A stretch of 64,000 nucleotides of DNA from Phoronis australis (Eukaryota > Animalia > Phoronida), in contig NMRA01000155.1 in the NCBI GenBank assembly GCA_002633005.1, forward strand, positions 365,844 through 429,843. Reading direction: 5' to 3'. Below, piece after piece: positions 13,501 to 24,961 of the stretch (the first letter of the stretch is position 1; every line of letters starts with the position of its first letter). Under the pieces are notes generated by a model. The model ran no database searches. It saw nothing but the letters and a program-made list of their open reading frames with translations, and was not told the DNA's origin. A program made the position numbers and the translations under genes.

Positions 13501-16500
13501 TTGATAAATTTTGGTGTGGCCTCCTCCAGATGAGCCTGGGCTATTTTGGTCGTGTGTGATGGAGTCCCATCTTGCTGAAACACGTAACTGTTTCCAGGCT
13601 AACTTCGCCTTGTTGATGACACCCTGGAGATACATTGTGAAAAATTTGAACGAATTCGGTTGGTCAGTTGCTGAGAAACTACTTGTCAAAAAGTGGCTCA
13701 CTCCGTTCTACAGGTACTTGCAAGGGCGGATCCAGGATTTTGAGTTAGGGGGGCAGGGCACAGGAATAACCAGAATTTCGCCACATGCGCGCTCAGCCTA
13801 AAATGTAGTAATGCAGGGGTCTCGAATTTCTGGGTTTGTGAACCTTATTACTAAAAAAGTGTAAACGGGGTATGTTCAAGGCCTATGCATTGAATGTGCA
13901 TTCGCACCTCGAGCCCCCTGGATGAGCGCAATATATGCTAGTCAGCAATTCGCACCCCGAACTGCCAAATGGTATCTGGAAGAATTTTAGGAAGGGGCAT
14001 GTCCCCCTTGCCCCCCCTCCCTAAATCCGCCACTGACTTGAATGCAAACTCTAAACAATTGTCTATAATTCTGTGCCCGAGTGTTTAGGGTTTACGTGGG
14101 TGGCTGTGAACTGTTATTCAACCCTTGATGATCTATAGCATTGTAGCTATACGTACTGGTCTCAACTCGAAAGTTTCTATTCATATTGTAGCTCAAATCA
14201 AGTGCAAATTTCGACTAGACATTCATCCTCGGAAGCCAGAATAAACTCGAGCACAGGATTATGGACAATTGTGATATGTTTGTTGTCAACAATAATAGAG
14301 TTCCTTTTCGAGTAAGTATGAGACTCTGAGCCCATGCTTACCACTTTTGAAAGAACACACCCAAGAACTTAATACATATATGTGTTTGAACAAATGAAAA
14401 TTCCAGCTATTCCATCAATAGGTACAGACAGTTGCCCGTCATGGTTTTCATACACGGAGGAGGGTACTTCTTTGGCTCCAAGAACAGATATCTTGGCAAC
14501 GGCTTGGTCCAGAGAGAAGTCATTTTGGTCGTGATAAACTATCGACTCGGCCCCCTTGGATTTTTGGCAACTGGTATCTACAGTGCATATGTGAAGTTTA
14601 TAAACATCATTGTTTTAGTTCAGAAAACTTTCCAGATCTTACAAAAATGCTGACACTTCGTCCATCAAAATAATCGCTTTAGTTGGAAAAATCAGAACAC
14701 GCTGGTTGACGCATGGTCTCAGCCAATAACGAATTGCAGGTCTCTGCAACCCCTGAAATCCTTTTTCATCTAAAAAAGGAACAATCAGTTTTCAGGTAAT
14801 TTCTTTGACGGAGCGTGGGCTTACTGTTCAGTTAATCACTGTATTTTATTTTCTGGTTTTCGTCTTTTGTCGGTAGTTGAGGAAAACACCAACAAGCAAC
14901 AAAATGGATGTAAAACTGGCCATCCAATCACAGTGTCTAATTTGCGTAAATACCCTCAGAAATTAACTATGTAGGCCTTGACCTTATTAAGCAAAATCAA
15001 AAACTTCTCAATATCTGAAAGAAATGTGCTATCGTGATGTCAGTTTTGCTAAATTGTTAAGCCCCGATGTAAAAGATGACTTGAAATCACAAGACATAGA
15101 ATACCGTTATTGCTTTGAGCTGTTTTGCCCAACGCTTCAGTTCGAATTGTTGTGTCAACAGAACTGTATTTTTTGTGAAAGTTTTTTTATGAGGGTTCAT
15201 TGCCCTGCCAATTGATTTTCTTGTTTTGTACGCCAACACCTGACCTGTTACCATAAAATATCCCTAATTTAATAAACATTATGATACTTAGGAGGATTTA
15301 AACTGGTGAAAACAAAGCAAAAATGTAATTTTTAGTTGTCTTTTTTATGTTTTTAATATCTGCATAAGAGTGGTGTGCTAATTAGATACAAACGTTTTAT
15401 AAACTACAAACAAAGATAATGTTATGGTAGCTGACAGTCAACGTAATTCTGCCGTTATATTCTTTACAGGTGACAAGGCGTCACCAGGTAACTACGGTCT
15501 TATGGATCAACATTTGGCTCTGAAGTGGGTGAAGGAAAACATAGGGCACTTTGGAGGTGATCCTAGTGAAGTAACTATCTTTGGAGAATCAGCTGGAGCC
15601 GGAAGTGTTATGTTCCAAGTCATAGCACCCGCCAATAGAGGGCTCTTTAAACGAGCTATTGCCGAGAGCGGCGCCACCGAGTGCCCATGGTCACTCATCA
15701 CAAACGAAACAGCTCTTGTGATCGCGAAACAAATAGCGGAAAGAGTAAACTGCTCCTCGACAAGCACTCATATGATAGTTAATTGCCTGAAGCGAATTGG
15801 CGCCATGGATGCCATTATGGCTTCGGGAGATATTGTGAACCCTGTTTACCCAACCCCTGTTATAGACGGATACTTCATTCCGAAGTCGCCAGAGCAGATG
15901 TACAAAGATGGTGTATCTAGAAATATCACAGTTATGATGGGACGTATGAGGCACGAGGGTTACCTGTATAATTTCGTATCCAATCAAATCTTACAAGATG
16001 TTCGTATGGAAGATAAAAGTCCGACCTTGGCTGATGTTGTGGACTTCTATTACGCTGATGCCATAACTGCTGTTAAGAATGGCCTAATAGACAAAGAGAG
16101 CACATTACTTTTTACCGACCTTGCGACAGACTATTTGTTTTCCCATGCTATTGAAAAAGAGGCGAATTATCACGTTAGGTAAGAACGCAAGTTTGGTGAT
16201 AAAGATTGTTTTATTTTATTTTGATACGTCATCAACCATTTTGTTCGTCAATATTCCGCCAATTTCACACATGTAATAAACCGCTCAAAACTCGAGTAAG
16301 CAAACTACGGACTAGGAACAAACCCCCGTGGTTTCTAGATCTCGTGGTTAAAATACCAGGATCAGGTCTAATTTTCCAATTCGAACTCTAAAATTTTCCT
16401 GTTCACTTGAGTACAGACCAAAAGTTTTTGTCAATCGTTCCGTGTTCGAGTACATTATAGTTCTGCTTGTTTGAAATGCGTAATACCTTAAGAGATTTAA

Positions 16501-19500
16501 GTATGCACGTGCACTGAGGATGGTCGAACACTTCGTTCGCTTATCAATGTCAGCAGCAATTGGTCACAGCTCAATGTTTTAACGCGATACTTTTAATGAC
16601 ATTTCGTATGTAAGTACTTACATAGTATTTTAATTGTGTCCCATTTTGTATCTTGTAATATTGTGGCAGTTGTTTATTTGGACACATGCATGTAGTATAT
16701 TCAATATTTATTTGTGCCACAGCGGGAGTTTCAATCACTGAACACTCGTCAACTAAACCATATTAAGTATATGTTATGTTGAGACGAAATCAGCGATTCG
16801 GGTGGCTGCCTGGTTGCAGAGAATATCATTTTTATTTTGACTTTTGTTTCAGCAACGGAGGCAAGCTGTACATGTTCATCTTTAACTTCCACCCTAGCGT
16901 CTCCTTAATTAATATCACCACCCCGGACTTCATATACGGCACTCACGGTGACGAACTGGCGTACGTGTTCGGCGACGCGTGTGTGCGCATGCCAGAACTT
17001 CATTCAGTGATGTCATTTTCCAGAATGACTGAAAGCGATATCACGATGTGCCACGCGATGATGGATATGTGGACTAACTTCGCTTACGCTGGGTAAGGTG
17101 TACATACAAAACATAAGCGTTGATACATGTGGCTTCGAACTAGGCAATTTACCATAACAAGAACAACACGTTGAAGTGTACCCACGACAGCACAGCAAAC
17201 GGTACGCTTCTAGGCTGAGGCTGTTTAACGGCGTCACAAAATGTCTACTGGGTGGTACAGAATGAAAATGGTAAAGCCTCGTAGTCTCCCTAACAGAATC
17301 ATATTTTCTAGAGGCAAACGTAAAATAGAATTGGCACAACGAGGAACAGCAACAATCGAATACGTCCGAAAGTACTTGTCCTCTGCTTACTCGTTCATAC
17401 GAACAGACTTGCCATATTTCACAAAGATCCTGCATTGGGTTATGAAGAGATGCAGCAGTGGGTACAAAATAAAAAAGACACTTGGTGGCGCCATTATAGT
17501 CAGACCTATACAAATAAGAACTTCAGTCGTGCCGTTACCAATTGCAATACATCTGCGAATTCTCTCAGTTTTTGAGCAGTTTGTCGTGATCATAAAAATT
17601 AACATTTGCCAAATTTCATTTAATCTTAAAACATCATACGCTCCCACCTTGCAATTGCTGAATAAAGGCCTGGCCAAGTAATTATGAGCACATCACAGTA
17701 GTAAAATAAGTCTTTTATATTCTCAGAGACCTGGCACGCTTGCTCAAGTGAGTTTTAATTATTTTTCAGTAATATCCATTGCGAACGTCTTACGTCACTT
17801 TTCATGAAACAGATCCAAGAACTGATTTTAGAAAATACAGCATTGCTAGTAAATACTGCAAACAAATAGGTCCATTGGGGTTTCATTTGCTTCTGTGGGC
17901 ATGGCAATTACCAAATGTGAAGGTTCTGATTTGAAAAAATCTACGCCTAACTTTGTATTCCATTAAGTTTCCGCCCGTCAGCGGCGTGTTGGTTAATACT
18001 TATTTACATGCAGATTATGCTCCTACAGCATTCTCCATTTTGAGAATCTCAAGATTTGTTGTTATGACTGAAATTTGCAGAAGTGAAACACATCCGAGGG
18101 CCTCCGGAACATCTCTGATATTTTAGCACCCTAACATACCTCCTCTGGCGTGGACGTTGACTGCCTGTACGGACTTCAATCACTTCCAAAATGGTGGCCG
18201 TCGTGACTGAGGTCAATGCATGAGTAGATCACGTTCACTTCCGATGAGAATTTTGAGCTTACGGAAATACTGGAGGAGTTCCGAAAGCTAGGGACATTTG
18301 AGGCATCGTATCACCTCTGTTCTTGTCGTAGCGTCAATTTAGCTCTTGGAGGTGTTTCATGAATCCACGGATGTACTGTANAAGCTGAGTCTGTACTCGA
18401 GTTGAGTATGAAGTGTGAGTTTGAGCATGATTCGAGTCTGAGTACGGAGATTGGAGACCGGGCCCTGGCCAAGTAATTATGAGCACATCACAGTAGTAAA
18501 ATAAGTCTTTTATATTCTCAGAGACCTGGCACGCTTGCTCAAGTGAGTTTTAATTATTTTTCAGTAATAGCCATTGCGAACGTCTTACGTCACTTTTCAT
18601 GAAACAGACCCAAGAACTGATTTTAGAAAATACAGCATTGCTAGTAAATTCTGCAAACAAATAGGTCCATTGGGGTTTCATTTGCTTCAGTGGGCATGGC
18701 AATTACCAAATGTGAAGGTTCTGATTTGAAAAAAATCTACGCCTAACTTTGTATTCCATTAAGTTTCCGCCCGTCAGCGGCGTGTTGGTTAATACTTATT
18801 TACATACAGATTATGCTCCTACAGCATTCTCCATTTTGAGAATCACAAGATTTGTTGTTATGACTGAAATTTGCAGAAGTGAAACACATCCGAGGGCCTC
18901 CGGAACATCTCTGATATTTTAGCACCCTAACATACCTCCTCTGGCGTGGACGTTGACTGCCTGCACGGACTTCAATCACTTCCAAAATGGTGGCCGTCGT
19001 GACTGAGGTCAATGCATGAGTAGATCACGTTCACTTCCGATGAGAATTTTGAGCTTACGGAAATACTGGAGGAGTTCCGAAAGCTAGGGACATTTGAGGC
19101 ATCGTATCACCTCTGTTCTTGTCGTAGCGTCAATTTAGCTCTTGGAGGTGTTTCATGAATCCACGGATGTACTGTACATGTAGCTTCAAATTATTCCTCG
19201 GTGGATTTCAATACTGCGCATGAGCGAACTTCAATCAGAATAAGCCTGGGTATTTTGGCATCTTACAGTTAAAAGTAATAACCATCCGCCTACCCTGTTT
19301 CAAAGATGTGCGCGGTGGCATCCTAATGCGTGGTCTGCCTCCTGGTGGACTGATTTACGTTGTATCTTGCTACCACGGTAATATGCAGGTGGATACGCCG
19401 GCAACCTTCGCTTTGACAGTCACATGACAATTTGGTATTCGAAAACTAGATCCTAAAAATTTCGATCGGCCCCTAACAAATAGCCGTATCCAAGATGAAA

Positions 19501-20009
19501 AAGGCCATTCAATCTCGCATCACACCGATGCGGACGTGATCACGTAGACGGCCTGGACGCCTACACCTTTTCGTCCATTCCATCAATACTTGAAGTCCTG
19601 TGTTCCTACTACATTGACTTTTCGCCAAAAATGATGAGTATTTTTCAACTTCTTATTACATTCCCTTAGCTAGTACTCGAGATTACGACGTTTATTAGAT
19701 GAACAACAGAAACGATAAACTCTAATTTCTGCTTCACAATTTCTATTGTTTGTACATTTCAGACACCCACTAATGGGCAGACGACATTTCAACTTGCATT
19801 GGCCTCAATACAACTTGGATTCGCCTTATATCTTTGAAATCAATGAAAATCTGACCATGTCATCTGGCGACGACCTCTTGCGCACACCTCGTGACAATCC
19901 GGAGTTGTTCCGTCCCGAGAAGATCGCTTTTTGGAATAAATTGGTTCCGAAACTCATTCAAGTAGATATGCCCAAGCCCTGTAATTCACCAACTAGTTCG
20001 ACGCCTTAG
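9129..20009 (+). CDS. Tandem two-domain carboxylesterase-like protein, copy 1 (signal peptide + catalytically dead COesterase domain + active COesterase domain), ~1102 aa, 7 coding exons
   Basis: join(9129..10558,10915..11204,12820..13060,14422..14573,15470..16178,16853..17092,19763..20009) = 3309 nt, in frame, all introns GT..AG with phases 2,1,2,1,2,2. Motifs [29 protein letters not shown] in domain 1; [35 protein letters not shown] in domain 2; hydrophobic N-terminus [19 protein letters not shown]. Confidence 0.9.
10915..11204 (+). CDS. copy 1 exon 2 (end of domain 1, linker, start of domain 2)
   Basis: acceptor TTTTCAG|, donor G|GTAATT; WPNFN...ISFWNEL...LKQGRVLG. Confidence 0.88.
12820..13060 (+). 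CDS. copy 1 exon 3
   Basis: acceptor CTTCAG|, donor AG|GTAGGC; [19 protein letters not shown]...EDCLTLDIY. Confidence 0.9.
13090..13715 (-). mobile_element. Tc1/mariner (maT, DD37D) transposase pseudogene fragment with one terminus, in copy 1 intron 3
   Basis: [10 protein letters not shown]...[13 protein letters not shown] with 37 residues between the second and third catalytic Asp; TA-flanked terminus TAAGCTGTCCCAAAAAA at ~13090. Confidence 0.8.
13721..14035. mobile_element. hAT-like MITE (CAAGGGCGGATCCAGG...CCCTAAATCCGCCACTG), 5-bp flanking duplication ACTTG
   Basis: Imperfect TIRs; ACTTG immediately on both sides; related element at 34633..34940. Confidence 0.7.
14422..14573 (+). CDS. 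copy 1 exon 4 (oxyanion hole HGGGY; alternative acceptor at 14428)
   Basis: [12 protein letters not shown]...[10 protein letters not shown]; donor G|GTATCT. Confidence 0.88.
15470..16178 (+). CDS. copy 1 exon 5 (catalytic Ser GESAG and Glu HEG)
   Basis: acceptor TTTACAG|, donor AG|GTAAGA; GNYGLMDQ...IFGESAGA. Confidence 0.92.
16853..17092 (+). CDS. copy 1 exon 6 (catalytic His HGDE)
   Basis: acceptor TTTCAG|, donor GG|GTAAGG; [13 protein letters not shown]...WTNFAY. Confidence 0.9.
17669..19176 (+). repeat. Near-identical ~710-bp direct duplication (17669..18380 / 18464..19176) across an N gap
   Basis: Only a handful of SNPs between copies; single n at 18381. Confidence 0.9.
19763..20009 (+). 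CDS. copy 1 terminal coding exon 7
   Basis: acceptor TTTCAG|; WPQY...IAFWNKL; stop TAG 20007-20009. Confidence 0.88.
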
Positions 20010-20429
20010 TTAATGGAAGTGACTTTCAAAATACACTTGTTCTATACTGTCAATTTGCGCTTGTGCGTTGGATCTTGACAGCATCCGTTTATTAGGTACT
20101 GTGCGCTTCCTTTTAATTGAAACTGTCCCATAGGAAAACATAATCGAATTAAACCTAAAATATGACGGGGTTGAGAACGCTGTATTTATTGTTCTTGTTC
20201 GTGTCATCAAAATTTTATTCACATGACGTCAAACCAGGTTGCAAATCGGACGTCTGAGCCGCCGTCTGAAAAGAACACTAGGGAAACAGTGATACTGCCG
20301 ATGCAGTTAATTGGCATCCAGAGCTCCAACGAAGTTAATTCGGGGGAAGTATTTGATTGGAGGATTACATTAGATGTTCAGGTTTACTGAATCTGTTTTG
20401 CTCGTGCTAGTGAGCATACTATGAAAAAG

Positions 20430-21190
20430 TAGCCTTGGTGCAAAGCTCTCTACTAAATATACAACTTTGCCCCAATGAAACCCGCTTAATCTCAAGATCG
20501 CGTATGCGTGAACTTGGAATTGAATATTCATCACGGCAATCAGGGGAATTTTTTGTTAATTCTGAAGAATTTTTGTACTTATCCCGTACGCGTTGAATCA
20601 GTTGAGCGCAATACGGCCGTGTGGTATTGTTGAGTAATGTGTGTGTGAGAAATGGTAGCAAACTTTAACTTAGAAATAGATTTCAGTTCAAACTCTAACA
20701 AATATAATGAAAAAAACAGACATGCACCTAGCCTTGGTACAAAGCTATATACTAAATATACAACTTTGCGCCGATGTGGGTATCTTGCCAGATAAAATCT
20801 GACACAAAATTAGTGTCATTAAAAACTTCACATTTCCTTAGGTAAATTGGATTATTTATTGGCGTTCTATCATTACTCTGCGGCTAAATTTGTGGAGCAA
20901 TCTTATGCATCGGCTTTCGGCGACATAAAATATTGCGTCACCTATTGGACAGTTTCTCTTTTCGCCGATTCTTCAGTCAACTGTTGTTCTTCGACGACTT
21001 TGTGTACATGTCACAACTAACTATAGGAATGGTTTCACTTCATTATAAGCAAATGATGTTTATTAGATTGTAACGGGAAAGGTGAGTGTCGGTTGATTTT
21101 GCATGCACCCCATGCGGTCTTTAGCTTTACATGTTGATACAAGTTTCATGGCTAGGTACCACTGCGTGTTCAGCACCGACATACCTCGTA
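20430..21190 (+). mobile_element. Fragments of the TAGCCTTGG-terminus DNA element family (family B)
   Basis: TAGCCTTGGT(G/A)CAAAGCT..TACTAAATATACAACTTTG at ~20430 and ~20728; internal sequence homologous (inverted) to 22420..23128 and to 23780..24450. Confidence 0.6.
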
Positions 21191-21421
21191 ATTGCTCACA
21201 GCCAGGTGAGTTCCACAGGCGCTCGAATTTCCCGATGACTCATAACCATATAGAAACGTAAAGGTTGGACACTAAAACTTTGCCAAGCCGAGGCTCCCAT
21301 CTTCAACTGTCCAAAACCCAAATAAATTTTACGTGCACCTCCCTCAGTCTGGTATTGTATAAACTTTCGTGAGTGGTCATGTGGCGATGGAATTTCCAAA
21401 ACAATCCAAAAACTCGGAATT

Positions 21422-22047
21422 CAAGGACCTAAAATATTAAACATGGCGGATTTCAGTTGTGCTTCAACTTGTACGCCTGTCGCAGGTGAAACTTCGAGTT
21501 TGAGCAAGCAACCTATATTTCAACTTCAATAATTCTAATCCAAAACTCAACTAATTGAGAATGTTAAAGTTAGTATTTTAATGATTATTTGTAACTTTAT
21601 TGCACTGACATCTTATTTTAGTCCTTAACTTTTTATTGCATAAACTGGCGTGTCTTGTTTATGATCTTGACATCACGCAGTTTTTTGATTGAAGCACAAC
21701 ACACATTCGGCCAGGAAACGTAGTCCGTGCAAGTATTAAAATGCGGGTGGCCGACGAGTTAACTCATTGGTTTTGGCCAAAAGTAAAACCTTCATAAGAA
21801 ATCACAGTACACAAAAAAATTTCGCATATCAATGCATTATCAGGATAATTTATATTTGACACAAACATCTGAGCAGTTACATTGATTTGGCAATGATATT
21901 TTTAAAGTGCTCTCTGCTCCTCATGACCAAGTAGTCGAGGGATTGACGGCGCGCGAAAGTAGACTTTCGGATTTAGCTCGGGAGCGTCCGCCAAAAAAAC
22001 GGATGTTCGAAGACCGTCTGCCATGACATCACGGAATAAGGTCCTTG
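21422..22047. mobile_element. MITE-like element, termini CAAGGACCT...AGGTCCTTG flanked by AATT
   Basis: Short perfect TIR and 4-bp AATT on both sides. Confidence 0.5.
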
Positions 22048-22307
22048 AATTTGTGATTTTGGCATTCTTTTGGCATTTATGTCGTCAAATTACCACTTGA
22101 AGGCAATTTGAAGAGATCAAATAAAAGAAGGTTTTCAAAGATTTGTTCGATGCAAGGTTCGCTGAGTTCCGTTCACATTTGAGTAGGAAATTCTGAGCAA
22201 ACAGATTGTGAGTGTCCAAACTTTATGTTTTCTTAACACTGAGTGAAGTCAGTCGTGATTGAGGAACAGATAAACTCAAGCGCCTGTGGTTAGTTCTGCC
22301 TGTCACC

Positions 22308-23128
22308 TAGCATTGGTACAAAGCTGTATACTAAATATACAAGTTTCACGGCGAGGTGACGAGCAGAACTACCCTAGCTGTGTTCAATTTCGGGGTCTAC
22401 GGAAGAAATACACAGGGTGGTACCTAGCGGTATTTTGACGACAGTCTTCATACAGCTAGCTGGCTACCTGTCACCTCGCCGTGAAACGTGTATAAACATG
22501 TAGAGCTAAAGAACGGACGGGGTGCATGCAAAATCTGTGAATCAATTGACACTCACCTTGCTTGTTATAGCCGTTTAAGTGAAAAAGAATGTAATAAACT
22601 TGATTTTCTTGCGTAATTTTTCGCCTTTTGTAACAATGAAAAGTTTTTTGTCGTTTTAAAAACAGTACGTCCGTGTCACGCTCACGCAATATTTCTTAAA
22701 TTTTTTCGATATTTTTCGGGAGATGATGACACCAAAATTGATTCTGAAATTCAGTTTGCTGGTATTAAAATACTTAAAAATTGTAACTAAATTAAACCAG
22801 TTCCAGTATTTTGTTGTGACATCTACGCAACCTCTTGGAAAAAGAGCAGTTGATTGAATAATTGGAGAAAAAAGAAACTGACCAGTACATGAACATGTAG
22901 GTGAAGCATTATTTTTCGGCGCCGAAAGCAGACGCCACAGATCGCTCCACAACTTTAGCAGCAGAATAACGGTAGAACGCCATTTTTCCCAACCGTTCAA
23001 TAGTTTAGTTTACTCAAGGAATATTGTAGCTTTAATGACACTAATTTTGTGTCGGATTTTATCTGGCTAGTTTTTACCCACATCGGCGCAAAGCTGTATA
23101 TTTAATATACGGCTTTGCGCCAAGGCTA
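22308..23128. mobile_element. Non-autonomous DNA transposon with ~40-bp TAG...CTA TIRs (Academ-like, family B)
   Basis: Left TAGCATTGGTACAAAGCTGTATACTAAATATACAAG; right reverse complement TAGCCTTGGCGCAAAGCCGTATATTAAATATACAGC. Confidence 0.6.
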
Positions 23129-23373
23129 TGTTTTGATGGTACTTTTCATACAGCTACATTGAACATGTAGCTGGCTGGCTGACATGCACCCCAAGCCTGT
23201 AGCTGTTGTAAAATACAAATTGAACAGCCTCGTCATGCAAGCTGCAAAAACATGCATTCATAAAATACTGCGAGCACCTATACGTGTCAAGCTGCGATCA
23301 TCATGAATAAAAAATTACAAACGACACAAAAACCTGCTTCTTTAAAGAATCCTCAGCGGGACTGAGGAAAAAC

Positions 23374-23747
23374 ATGTTATACAACGTACGTGTTTTTACC
23401 AAGTGTGTTATTATATTTCGATTCATGATATCCAAAAAAATTGAACAAGGGCGAAGCCCGAGTTCAAATACCTTTACATATCACGAATCTCGATATGATA
23501 ATCACTGGTGCAAACACGTACGTTGTATAACATATATTTATTAACATGTAATTTCATTTAGTGCAGTGCATTTTTTTATCAACTTGAACTTTATTTGAGT
23601 AAAGCTCGAGTTCAAATACTTTTACATATCACGAATCTCGATATAGTAATCACTGGTACAAACACGTACGTTGTATAACATATATTTATTAACATGTAAT
23701 TTGATTTAGTGCAGTGCATTTTTTATCAACTTGAACTTTATTTGAGT
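23374..23747. repeat. 160-bp imperfect hairpin with GGGCGAAGCCC loop, plus ~140-bp tandem duplication of its right arm
   Basis: Perfect 22-bp inverted repeat 23374-23395 / 23512-23533; 23459..23600 repeated at 23607..23747. Confidence 0.8.
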
Positions 23748-24961
23748 GAACTTTTCAAGTTTCCTCGTGTATTCTAAGTTCACGCATACGCGATGTTGAG
23801 ATTAAGCAAGATTCCAAGTTCACGAACTGCCGGGCGGTTTTTTGTATCGGTTTTCGGCGCCATAAAATATTGCGTCTTCTATTAGCCAGTTTCTTTTCCC
23901 CCCGATTCTTCAATAGCCTGTTCTTCTCTTCCACGAAGTTGCGAACACGTTACAACAAATTATCGGAATTCGTTTCATTTTGCTACACGTTTTTAGTATT
24001 CTAATACCAGCAAACCGAATTTCAGAACAAATTTTGCTGCTGCAAAGCTGTCATCAGAGATGTCGCAAAATTTTAGGTAATGGGACATGCCCATGTCATG
24101 AGCGTACTGCTTTCAAAACGATGACATACTTCTTTGTTACGAAAGGCGGAGAATTTTTCAAGAAGATGGCGTTTATTAGCTTGTGTATCACTTAACGGCC
24201 GCAACGGGCTAGGTGAGTGTCACTCGACTACCACATTTTGTATGCAACCTGCCGGTGGTGTAAGTTCTACATGATGGTATACGGTTGACGGCAAGCTGAC
24301 GAGCAGAACTACACGGGCCGTGTGAACCTTCGGAATCTAACGTAGAACAACACACAGGTTTACCTAGCCTTGGTACTAAGTTGTAGCTTTGAGCCGATGT
24401 GGGTCAAAAACTGACCAGATAAAATGTGATACAAAATTAGTGTCAATAAAAACTACACACTGTACTACAGTGGCGGATCTACAGTGGCATACAGGACGTT
24501 TAATACAGGAAAATAGGAAAATGTAGTTAGCAAAACAAACACACGCAGCTGATTTACCCCCCTCCACCNCTCGTCCCACTCCTCCTCCATCACAAAAATC
24601 GTAGGTTCAATCGTTCCCGAACATAAGCATGTGAGACGCTCCTTAGCAGGTCTAAATGCCCACTAATCGCCATTATTTGTTTTAAGCCTCTCCGTCAACA
24701 AGAGCTCAACAGCCAATCAACAGTCGACAGAATATCTGATTTTCGGGAAACCTACAAGAGCTTTGTACATTATTATGTTCTGACAGGTGATACGTTATCC
24801 GCGTGGGCACACAGTTTGTTTGTTTTAGAATAGTGTAAACACTTTGAATAAACGTCTTTCATAATATAAAACTCTTTCGCAATTGTAATCAACTCGCTCT
24901 AGGTGCAAACCGGCAAGACGACATTACGTGTACTTGCTGCATACATGTACCAAGGTTTAAG

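Noticed and set aside
18382-18446. Degenerate GAGTYT hexamer run; also short tandem repeats at 1340-1380 and 59171-59220 considered as CRISPR-like arrays
   Set aside because: No constant repeat with unique spacers, eukaryotic context, no cas genes; ordinary mini/microsatellite or TE-end repeats
9129-20009. Calling these genes acetylcholinesterase/butyrylcholinesterase or neuroligin
   Set aside because: Domain 2 has a short omega loop without the cholinesterase WNP/choline-binding context; there is no transmembrane or PDZ tail for neuroligin. Only family-level assignment is supported, so no gene symbol is given.
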